Source of the DNA: Chloropicon primus
Lineage: Eukaryota
Length of the DNA stretch: 64,000 bases
Assembly: GCA_023205875.1 (NCBI GenBank)
Contig: CP060755.1
Coordinates: 1,178,001 to 1,242,000, forward strand
Reading direction: 5' to 3'
The notes beneath the pieces were generated by a model that saw only the letters and a program-made list of their open reading frames with translations, did no database searches and was not told where the DNA came from. This document shows positions 43,343 through 55,300 of this stretch, one piece after another. Both the position numbers and the translations under genes were made by a program. The first letter of the stretch is position 1. The number at the start of each line of letters is the position of its first letter.

Positions 43343-46300
43343 TTACTCTGGAAGCGCCAAGAACATGGCTACACCACGCCTCGTCCAGTGACCGGCGTCG
43401 CAATCGGTTGGAACCCTAATGTCACAAACGAAGTTCGTCGAGTGCCCTGTTGTGGAGAGGATTCCCCTCCTGTCTGTTGTCTTGTACAGCGGGCAGGTGT
43501 AACTCTTGCTGGCCTTGATCTTATCAATCTCCGTGGGGAACATCCATATGACGGGGAACTGCGTGAACAGAACCTTTGGCTCCGACTCGCCCAAGACGTG
43601 GTTGTCCTCGTCCCATTTGCAGGCCTCGATGAAGATTCCCTTGCAGTACACCCCGTCTTTTGGAGGCTCCTTGAACTCCTCTTCGCCGTCCCTGACGACG
43701 AAGTCCAAGTCAATCTTGTCGATTTCCACCGTGTACCGCCTGGCGTAGTTCTGCTTGCTCGCCGTGAGGAAGGCCTGAGTGAAGAAGAACCCGGGAAGCC
43801 AGAAGACCACAGGCTCGCCGTCGTTGATCCAGTCGTTGAAGAACTGGATCCTCTCCTGAACCTCCTTCACGTACGAGCCCACGGGCTTGAGGGACGGGAA
43901 GCTCCTCTTCATCCATGGAGGTGGAATCTTTCCGTCGAACAGGGCCTTGCTCGTGGTGTCAAGCTCGTCGTTCATCAGAGCCAGACCCTTCAGGGCCTTG
44001 CCGAGGTTGGTCATCGTGGACCTGACCTTCGTGAGCAGCCTGTTGAACCTGCCGAGCTCCTGCACGAGCACGGTGTTCATACTGTTGTGGTAGTCCTGTG
44101 GGAACTTTTGGCCCGCGACCTCGATGTCAAACTCAGGGGAGAGCTTGTTCAAGATCTCCTCGGTGATGCTCTGGACCGTCTCCTCGTAGGAGGACCCGCC
44201 GCCCGACGAGTCGCTGCTCTGCGTAAGCATGAGGGACTCGAGCAGCAAGTTCGATTCTTGCAAGTCCTTCGAGATATCCGCGTTGTCGTGCAGTCCGAAG
44301 ACCTCGGGCTTGGCGAGGAGGGGGAAGGATTTGATGATGTCAAGATATCCCTCGTACGCCGTCTGCTTTGGTATCTTGTACATTCCGCTGGGAGACAGGG
44401 AGTGCCCCTCCTGCAAGCAATCCTCGCTGTAGAAGGAACTCAGAAGGGTCATCAGGGTGTGCCGGTCATGCCCGTCCGTGACCTTTCCGCCGTAGTTGCA
44501 CTCTCCGCAAGTGTAGGACAATGTGGGGAACGGGACATCGTCGTACTCGTCAAGGAACATCTTGAGCTGTCGAATCGAGATCCTGAGGTCGTTCTCGTTG
44601 AACTGGTACGGGATGTTGAACCCGACCGCACCGAACTTCTTGCGCTCCACGATGACGGAGTGGAAGAACGCGAGAGAGAACATGAGCTTCCGGAACTCGC
44701 CGTCCTTGACGCACGTGTCAAAGAAGTCACTCTCGCAGACTGGATCGAGGAGATACGTTCTCAGAAGACCAGCCTTCAGACCCTTGGGGGCCTCGTTTGT
44801 CATCTTGACAGCCTTCTCCAATATAGGAATTGGGAAGAGCGGCGATGGGTAAGACGTGAGCCAAAGCCTGAAGTTCTCGTGAACTTTCCCTGGAATGAGC
44901 CTCTTCTCGGCAACGGATTCCAGCGTGGGCAAGAAACTCTTCGCGAGGTGGCAGTTCTGCAAAACGACCCAGAAGCCGTCCTTGATTCCCTGCTCGATCC
45001 ACTTCATGGCGACGGGCCCCTGACCCTGCCCAAGAGACACAGACTCGACCTTCACCTTCTCTTGATCCGCAAACCTCAGCAGGTTGGCCATCGGGTCCGA
45101 ACCTGGCGAGAGGATGAAAAGAAGCGGCGTGTACGCATCAGAGTCCTGGAAGCACGGCTCCAAGTTGAAGGGGATCGGCGCAACGTACTTCTCCCCCATG
45201 ACGTGAGACACGTAGTTTGTCACCGCGGGGATGATTTTGTCTGGCCTGAAGCTCCTCAGGACGAGGAGTTTCTGGAACTGACTCAGCTTGTCCTCCCACT
45301 GGCTGGTCAGGCGCTCGGTAGAGGGATCGGACGCGTCGTAGATAGGCTTCCACAGATCAGGGTCATTGCTGATGTCCTCCTTCAGGCCCTCGTAGTCGCT
45401 GAACGCGGAGAGTCGACACATTTCGTCCCACATCTTCGTGGAGATCCAGCCCGGAGCAGGGTTCTCGTTGGGGTTCTCGCCAAGAGCCACTCCGCCGGTC
45501 AGCAAAAATCTCAGCTGACCCGCATCGATGTTTCCTTTCGCGATCTCGAGCTTTGAGGTGAGCTGGAAAGCGAACAAAAGCTTGTCCTTCTCGAACAACG
45601 ATCTGCACACGTTCACGTAGAGGAAGTAAGTGAAGTGGTCCGCCAAAAACTTCAGTCTCTGGCTCAAGTCTTCGCTCTTCTCGCTGTCCTGGATGGACCT
45701 GACGAACAGGCTCACAAACCACGCGAGAGAGTACTGGTACATGGGGTCTATGTTAGCCAAATCGGTGACGCAGAAGAAGAGGGTCGTGCAATGCTTCGCG
45801 ATGGGCTTGTAGCCCTTCCTGGCCTCATCGATCTTGAGCTCCGTCTCGTCAGCAATTTTCTGCTTTTCAGAAATATCGTCCGACGTCATCTTCGCCTTCT
45901 GCAAGATTTCCACTGCAGCTTGATCTTCGAGAATGTTGCCCTCACTCGTGCTCAGAACCCTCAAGATCTCATCCTCGATCTCCTTGAGCTTCTTCTTGTT
46001 CTCGGCACCACTGATGATCAGCCTGTTCTTCTCCTCTTCGAGGTCTGGCCTCTCCTTTGCCACGACGATTCCAAGCAGCTGGTCCTCGAGACCCTCTGGC
46101 GTCGTGACAAAATTCAAAAGGTTCACCTTCACGCAGATCTCAGGAGGATAGTGAGGGTTCCTCAGCTTCGTCGTCATGTAGAACTTGAAGTCCTTGCTGT
46201 ATTCCACCACGGCGTCTCCAAGCTTGATGCACATGACACCACCCTGCTTGAAGAGCTGCTTCTGCAGCAAACCCTCGAGCGTGGGGTCAAGGCTCTCCCC

Positions 46301-49300
46301 AACGTTCTCCAACAGCACGGGGTTTCCGTACTGAATGCAGGTCTCCAGAGTTCTCAGGTAGTCAGAGTCAGTCAGCTTCACCACGTAAAGCTTCCTGTCC
46401 TTCTCCATGTTCCTGATCCACTTGTTCGCAAGTCCCTGCGGGTCAATGCAAAGAGGCCACCTTCTGCCGATGGTGAGGGAGATGGCATTCTCCGTGGAGA
46501 AGTCATCCTTTGGAAGGCCCTGGATGTTCCAAGCACGGATTTTGACGGGATCTCCGAGGACCTTTACGAGACTGAACGAGGGGCTGCACTGGATTCCCTC
46601 CTCCTGGCACTTTGTGATCCACTGCTCCAGGACCTCGTCGCGATAGGTTTGGGTGAAAGGGCCAAGGTAAGCAATTTGGCCAGCTCCAAGGAGACAGTCA
46701 CCGGTGAGCGCCTGGTACTGCTCCCCGAGATCGACCGCCGCTTGAGTCCATCTGGCCTTCTCACCCCCCAGACCTGCAATCAATTTCTGAGCACGGTCAA
46801 GCTTCACCTTACACAACTCCACGTCCGCCTCGAGCTGCTCCTTCTTCGCCTTTTTCTGGGTAAGATCAGCATCGAGTGCAGCCAGCTTGTCCAAGACAAC
46901 TTGGAGCTCGTCTTGCTTGATTTTCAGGGCAGCCAAGACAACCTCAAGGTCCTTCTCAGCCTGAGCCAATGCCACCTTCTTGGGTGCCACGACTTTGGCG
47001 ACCCTGTCGTAGGACTCCATTGCCCTTACCCAGCAGCAAAGTCCGAAAGCGGCTTTGGACGCCGACTTCACCTTCTCAGGGTCGAAGTCGGGGTTCTGGA
47101 CGTAGACTCTGATCTTGGTGATAATGTTCGGTGGGATGTTGTCCTTGTCGTACTCTTTCAGACTCTGAAGGAAGTTTGCCTCAATAATCAGCTTCTTCGA
47201 CGTCTCCCAGTAGTCATCAACCATCTTGCCCGAGTCCTTGTCTTTCACACGGGCTGGCTTCTGGCCCTTGATCACGCAGACTGCTTCCATTACCAGTTTC
47301 ACAACAGCTGGAGGACTCTTCATTCCCTTCACCTCAGCAATGTCTCCCTTGGTCAGAGTGTCGAGAGCCTTCAGGGCTCCCTCAAGAAGGGGCAGAGCCT
47401 CCGCGAGGTCAGATTCGCACTCCGACTTGATCGCTTGGACCTTGGCAGCTTCCTTGCTGGCTGCGCTCTCCTCCTTCTCGACGACGCTCTTGACCTTGTC
47501 CGCCTCCACGGTCTCCTTGGCAATGATTTCCATGGCTTCCTCGGTCTCCTTGGTACTCTGCACCAGCTGCGGCTGCAAGGCCACCAGCTCCTCTTGCATG
47601 GCCTGCACAGAGGACTCCGTGAATTCCAGCTTTTCGAGCCCAACCTCGTATCTCTTCTTCACCGTCATGACGCTGCCCTGCCTGTCATTCAGGACTTCCT
47701 TGTAGAACGCCAAGAGCTCCAGGTACGACGTTGGTGTGACGTAATTGATTCTTCTCATTTCGTTCTTGAACTTCGTGGAGAGCTTGTGAATACTCGAGTG
47801 GAACAGCACGACCGTCTCTTGAACGGACTTGATCACCTTGTCGTCGGGGACTGGGAGGTCGTCCAGGAACTCCGTAGCGACAGACGCGAGCGCGTCCTGT
47901 GGCCAAGCGGTGAACCAGTCGATGGTGCAGCAATTCACGAGGGCAGGGAACTTCCTCAGCCTCTCCCTGAAGTCATCTCCAACGGGGGAGAAGGACAGAA
48001 TGATGTGGAAGTTCTTCTTGATCTCCTGCAAGAAGAAGTTGTAAAGCTGAGTCCTTGTTCCGTCCATTCCCGCTTGCTTGGCTTTGACCCTAATGTTTTC
48101 AAAGATGGTGGCAAGGTCTCCGCTCACGAAGAGGTTTGGCACCTCGTACGTGTTCAGGAGATTGGAAATGTCCTCCACCATGCCCTCTTCCTTAATCTGT
48201 GTGTCAGAGAAGAGGAAGACGACCTTCTTGTTGGCTTCACCGGCCAACTTCAGGACCTTCTTCAAATCCTCGTGCCACTCCACTTTGCCGTAGGACCTTG
48301 ACATCTCCACCTGGAAGATGGTGTACTCCTCGATGAAAGCAGCGAGCTTTGCGAGACTCTGTCGTCCACTTCCGCCCAAGCCCACGAGGAGGGCGTGCCC
48401 CCCAGACATGCTGATGACCCTGCAAATGCGAGAGATGTGCTCGAGGGCAAAGAGGAAAAGAACCAACTGCATGGGACTCTTTGAGGTGGCGTTGTAGTCG
48501 CCCAAGTACTCCTGCACGATGGTAAGCAAAGCATCTGGGCTCTCGACCTCGTCGTACTTCTTAGGATCTTGCCCTGGGATCATGAAGTTCGCGAAGAGCA
48601 CCTGCCTGACCGCTTCTTGGACCGCCAGGTCCGTGTTTCCCTTGCTCACCAGCTTGTGGAACTTCTCCTTGAAGATGTTGTCGACAGTCTCGTGACACAG
48701 CTCCAGCATCCAGGACCTGTCCTCGTCGCTGACCAGACGGTCGTAGTAGACTCTGAAGGTCTCGTGCGTCCACAACCTGACCAGCTTGCCCGAATCGCTC
48801 ACGGCGTCTTCGCTGGCAACGACACCCTGGAACACCTTAGACAGATCTCTCAGGTTGAATGTGTAGTGACTCTTCGTTGGAGTCGGCAAGAGCTCCTTCT
48901 GCGCTGTCTGGTAAATGTGGATTGAGGACTGAACGAGCGGGTTCTTGAAGCGCGCCAGGGAGTCTGAGATGCTGCACTTGCTCATCCACCAGTCGACGAT
49001 GTTCGAGAAGATCAGGGAGAGCGTTTCCGTGTCGAAGGCCGCGACATTCATGACGCTGAAATGCCTCGTGAACCTGTTCGTGATGGCGTTACGTCCACCT
49101 CCTGGTGGGCCCATCGCCGCGATGAACTGGATGTCGAGCAATGTCCTGAAAGTGAGCTCCTTGCGATCGTACCAGCCGCTGTGGTCCATCCACTGCCTCA
49201 AGATCTCGATAGGTGGCTGTGCACCGTACACCTCCACCTGGGGCATGTTCACGTCATCCACGAAGATCATCATCTTCTTCCCGATTGGAGGACCGAAGAT

Positions 49301-52300
49301 ACCCTTGCGCCTCTTGTCCAGTTTGCCGTCAATGATGTCTTGCGTCATGTTGGCACTGGTCTGCGCAGAAAAGTTGCAGAGCATGGAGCTGTACTTGGTG
49401 GCGTCCATCCCGTACTGGAGGTGTTTCTTGATGTACACACTCTTTCCCGTTCCCGTCGGACCGACAAGCATGCAGTGGTGCCCATGTCGAAGGAGGATGT
49501 CGACCAAGTAGGTGTACCTCACCGTGTCGACGGTCTGGACGATGATGTCAGTGAACTCCGCTTCGGGGTCGAGAGCCTGCTTCTCGACAGTGTCCAGCCA
49601 AGGCAACCACTTTCCTTTCTTCTTCTCGAAGGTGAAGTCAAAGACACTCTTGCTGTCCGGGAAAAGCTGCACGAGCTTGACGGACGGAGCCTTGACAAAC
49701 GGCTTGAGGTTGTTCGGCGTGTCGTTCAACAGTATCTTCCTCAAGTTCTTGTCAAAGATCTTCCTGCCCTCCTCGTTCACGGAGGAGCCCACACTCCACA
49801 CGAGGGAAAACAAGAAGAGACACTGGAGCCAGCAGAAGACGAGGTTCTCGTTCATCCCCTGGATCAGCTCGGGGTCCTGGAACTCGTCGAGAAGGGACTC
49901 GAGAAGGCGGGTCAAGGACATGATGAGATTGATTTCCTGCAGCGCGACAGGCATTTTGCACATCTTGGTCACAATTCTCAACGCCGGAGGAACGAGCCAG
50001 TCAAAGAGCGAGATGATGTGCTCCTTGTGGCTTTCCGTCAGTCCAGGTGGAAGCGTGTTCATCCAGGACTCCACAGGTGGCCGCCACCCAAGCAAGCTCG
50101 GCTGGACGTAGACCATGCCGCACCTACTCACTGTGGCGGGACTGGCGACTGCCAGGTCGGCGACCTCGAAGATCATGTTCATCAGGCCCGCCATCGCAAT
50201 AATCTCACCAGAGTTCAGGCAAAGCTTCTTGTTGTCGTCCAAGACAGTGTTCATGTTTTCGATCCAGATGGCATCGACGGGGCCGTCGAACATGAGCCAC
50301 TTTCTGTCCGGCGACGTGTCTCTCGCCGCGTTTCTGAAGAGGACGGCGAGGACTCCATCGGTCCACTCCTTGGAAACAGGGTCGTCCTGACCGTACAGCT
50401 GGCCCATAGTCACGCTCTTTGGGTTGAGAACGTAGTACTTTGTCTTCTGCTCCCCGAGCAAGCCCTTGGAGTTCAAATCCGTCAAGGCCGTCGCCAGCAC
50501 CTTGTAAGCGGCCGTCTTCATTCCAAAGCTCTCTCCGACAATCATAAGACCGTGGCGGACAATGATCATCTCGTACAGCTGGATGACCTTGGTGAAGAAG
50601 GTGTCGAGGGGCTGAAGGTTGTACTTCTTGCAACTCTCCACGAGCGCCTCCTTGAACTTCACGTAGTCCGCCTGCGGCATGGAGACGCCGGGGAAGAGAT
50701 CGCTCAGAATTCCTTCGAACAGGGGAACATCCTGGTCAAGGAACTTTGGAAGGTTGACATCAATGATGGCCTTCAACATCAGAGCATCTTCTGGCTCGTT
50801 CTTCAAGTCATCGCTTCTCTTCAAGTTTCCTGCTGCCCTCAGGACAGCCATGACCGCACGCATACCGTAATCGTAATGGTCCTGGCTACTCAGCTGCTCC
50901 GAGCACAGCTTGTACGTCTGCACGAGCTTCCTGGCCATCGGGCGAGCCTCGAGGTAGCCAAAGGAGTAAAGGATGATTTCCGCGATCAGTGCGTAGTCTG
51001 GAACCATCATAGCGACGTCTCGAAAGAGGGCCTTCAAGTTGTCCGGGAGCTCCGAACGCCCGGCGTAACCTGGGTTCATCGTAATGAAGACGTTGCAGGT
51101 GAGCACGAGCTTCAGTTCAGAGCCCTCAAACGTGAACCTCTTCAGGCCGGCGGCGACTGCTCTCTGGATCGTCAAGACCTGCTGGGCGACCACGGACAGC
51201 ACCTCGAGCTCAATACGGTTGAACTCATCGAAGCACGCCCAGGCTCCAGAGCAAGCCAGACCCTTGAAAAATTTGCCCATTGCCTTGTAATCAAGGCCGT
51301 CGGAGCAATTGAAGACAACGCACTGGATCGCAAGAGCCTTTGCGAGATCTTTCGTCGTCTCCGTCTTTCCTGTACCTGCAGGCCCGGCGGGGGCTCCTCC
51401 CAGGCACATGTGGATCGCTCCCATCAAGGTTCTGTAGCAACGATCCGTGAGTGGCGTGATAACCAGTCTTCCAGAGTTGCCATAGTACTCGTAGCCATAG
51501 TACGCCTCGGCGTTGATCATCCTGACCATGATCGTCTTCGCCTTGTACCTCTTGTCGTCGTGCTCCCAGTAGTACCTCAGCTGACTCTGCCACTTGAAGT
51601 CTTTCTCCTCGGAGACACTGTCATCCGCCATGCTTTGCACGACGTCCCTAGCGTGGACATCAATGACCACGAGAGCTCCGCAAGTCTTCCTCTCGAGGGA
51701 GGACAAGTCTCCCCTCACGAGGTCTACGATCTTGTTCAGCTCCTCCGTGCACTTGGTGGAATAGTCTTGCAGACCCTTCGCACCACCACTCCTGATGGCC
51801 TCGTTCACCTCAGAAGTCCAGTGCACTTGCGAGCAGTTCAGAACGAGCTGGCCTGGCCACTCCAGAATCCACTTGCTCCTCTCAGCCCCGGTGTACGCCT
51901 CGATTGCTTCGCCTGCCACCTTGTGCAGAGCAGCCCTCATCTGCTCCTCTACTTCGAGCAGCCACACCTCCACGGCCCTCGACTTTTCGGGGTCGACAGG
52001 TTCCGGGAACGGAACCGTTTCGCCTTCAACGGAGTTCATGGCAACGATCGTTCCATCGGAATCCTGGAACTGGAGATCCTTCATGGACTCGAAGCACTTC
52101 TTGACGAAAGGCTGGACGTTCAACGGGATCTTTCCTTCCGAGAGAATCTCAAGCAGCTCGTCGTTCGACAGGAAGTAGAACCTAGGGAACGCGACCTTCT
52201 TCGTCTCAAGGAAGTCGTTGAGGCCCTTCTCGACAACGTCCAGGCACTCGTTAGCGTTCGTCAGCTTGTCAAGAAGCCCCGGTATTTTAACGATGTTCAT

Positions 52301-55300
52301 CACGATGGGGTCTGCGTGGGCAATCTCCATGATGTCTCTCCAGGTCAAGTCCATGTCCCTGAAGGCCCCTCCCTCTTTCGGGATCTGCTTCATGATCTCC
52401 TCCGATCCGAAGATGGGCTCAAGGTAAATCCACTTGGATTGGCACTTCAACCACTGGTCCAGGATATCCTGCAACAGCAGCAGCGTCTTCTCCCAGGGGT
52501 CCAGCCTCTCCTTGAACGGAACAGCGAACGGACTACCCGTCATCGCTTGGGTCTTCACGATGTGGTCGTCAAGAAGGGTCTGGGCCTCGTCCACGGGACC
52601 TCCCTTCAGGATGTAGGTTCCGGTCTCCTTCCAATCGGCAGAATCAAGAGTGATGCCGTTCCACTCCTCGTCCATCTTGTCCAGGGTCTTCTCCAGAGTC
52701 CACTCCCTGCTCGCGAAGTCGCTCACCTCCTGGATCTTCTCGTAGTGCACCGCGATTTGGCGGTCCAGGAGCCTACTGAAGCTGGTCGTCTCATCCTTCT
52801 TCATCTCAAACCCAACGATCTCCGAGAGCTTGGCCCAGTGACGAGCGCGCAGGCCCTCGTTGCAGATTGCCGACATGAGCGGAAGGTTCTCCTGAAACTT
52901 TTTGATCTTATCGATCGTGGTGTTGGCGGCAAGCAGGGGCTTCTCCAATTCAGGCCCCCCGGCGGAGCCTCCGAAGATCTTGCACAGCTTGTACATTCTC
53001 CTGAACTGCTCTCCGACGTCGGCGGTGATCTCCTCCGGGTCCAGCTTGGAGAAGGGGCCGTTCATCCAGTCGGCATAGTTGTCGTAGAACTGCGCCGAGA
53101 TGTTCCACAAGTTGAGGAACGGATCAAGCTTTGTGATCAGCTGGTTGACCTTGGTGAATTTCGTGACAGGCCAGCCGAAAAGCTTCTCGAGCCTGTTGAT
53201 CTCCTCGGACTCTTCCACGGCAACCGAAAGCTTTTGGCTTATCGTCGACGCCTCCGTCGAGATCTGGTTCTTTCTCAGCATGTCCTTCTCGGAACCGAGC
53301 TCCTCGTACAGCAAGATCTCCTCCTCGTACTTCAGGAGAGTCTCGCTGAACTTGGAACGCCTGCCCTTTAGCTCATCCTCGAAAGATCTGTGCTCCTGAG
53401 TGGCCTTTTGGGTCGCCTTTCTCATGATCTCGACCATATTCTTGGGCCACTCGTACGTCTTCATCGCCAAGGAAAAGTCGCTCTCCTGGGTCGCGAATCG
53501 ATAGTTGAACAAAAACGATTCGTTGGACTTGTTCTCGGCGATCTGGCGCTGCAACTCGTCCTGCTCCCCGACGCTGCGCTTGATGTACGCTTTGAGGTCG
53601 AGCACGTCCTCGGCAGTCTTGGAGGACTTTGTGATCTCCGAGTAGATGGTGCTGTACGCGTCGCAGATCTGGAGGTTGCTCTCCCGAATCTTTGAGCAGA
53701 TCTGGTCCAGGAGCTTGTTCGCGATGTCCTTGGCTTTGTTCGAGAGGGACGTCTTCAGGCCCACGCAGTCGATGAGGTACAATCCTGTCCTCACTTCGTT
53801 CGTGCAAATGTTCTGAACCGTCTCTGAAGCGTCCATGTACTTGTCGATGGTTTCTCCGTATTCCTCGATCGAGTGCCCCTCCGAGTCGTACTCGACGAGG
53901 AACTTGTCCAGGTCCATGGAGAGAATGTACAGGTAGTCATCGAAGAGCTCAAGCAGCTTCTTTGGAGCGGTGGCGTTCCTCTGCAGGACCGTGGACACCT
54001 GGTCCAGGGCGTTTGACACGGCGTCCGACTCTAGCGACAGCGCGCTGATGTGAACGTTGCGTCGCGAGCCGGCGGCCATTCCCACCTTGGGAATTCCCAT
54101 GACCGCCTGAATGAAGCCCTCCATGATCTTGCAGACGCAGTCCTCGACTTCGGAGAACGAGGGTTCGTACACTGGGAGGCACTCGTCCTTGACGTGCAAC
54201 TTGAGCCTGAACAGGGGCGACCGCGCCCAGAGCAGCGTGTCTCCCGTCGGATCAATCTCGTCCACGGGCTCGTACGTTTCTAGGAACCTGACGTACTCCC
54301 TCATGCTTCCGAGGACCAGCCCATGCAACTGGTTCGACTGAAGAATCGAGATGGAACGGTAGTAAGCCTCCGCATCTCCGTTGATGCAGATGGGAATGAT
54401 GCGTCTGAAAACGTCTCCGTTCTTTGGCAGCCAACTCGTGTAGAGCAGGCCGCGCATGTGCTCGCAGCACCGAACCTCGAACTCCTGAAAGTCGTGGACG
54501 GTGAACGGAAGTTTGCTGAGGAAATCGGAGCTCGACACGTCCACCAGGAGCCTGTGCTCGAAGTGGATGTGCCAGATGTTCGAGAGCTCTATCGCGTTCC
54601 TCGACAGGGTCTGCAGAGTCCACGCGATCCTCTCCCTGGACTCGTCCACGTTGTCGTGCCACTCGTAGGGCAACTCACGCCAGACCACCTCCCTCGTTCT
54701 CGTCTTCTGCAGGTTCTCCAGGTGGGTGAGGGGCATCTCTAGAGGCTGAATGAACAGCCTGTCCCTCTCTATCCTGTCCTTGACCACGTAGTCCACGATC
54801 GCCTTCTTCGCGCTGTACCTGTAGTCCCTGTCAATATCCTCCAAGCTCTCACTGATCAGATTGTCGTAGTACTCCTGGGAGACGTTCCTCGGTGGAGAGG
54901 AAGGCACCAAGCTGAAGATCACCGTCTTCCAGAACTCTTGGTACGGTGCAAGGTACTCCTCACTGATGCCGTGCTCGATGTAGTAGTGGTACTTCATGAT
55001 GGCCTCTCTGATCGCATCCTTCTGATCCGTCTGCAGATCGCTCGTCGTGAGCTCCCATTTGTTGTCGGACTCGCCGTCCAGCGGCGAGTCGGGGGACTTG
55101 GACCTCCCCTTCACTCTCTTTGCTTTCTTTTGACCATTCGCGGACACTTTGACCTCCTCGAAAAGCTTGCCGGCAGCAAACTTTGACTTTGGAGACAGCT
55201 TCGTGCCAATCCTGTTGGACGGCGAGTGGTAAAACAAGTCGTTGATGTCGCCGAAGCACACGGTCTTGGTGAAGAGGGCCTGCTCGTTCAGGAGCGGAGG

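Noticed and set aside
49061..53371. 1436-aa plus-strand ORF, and similar ORFs at 42515-45556 and 45635-48301
   Set aside because: Antisense shadows of the dynein CDS caused by codon bias. No recognisable domains.
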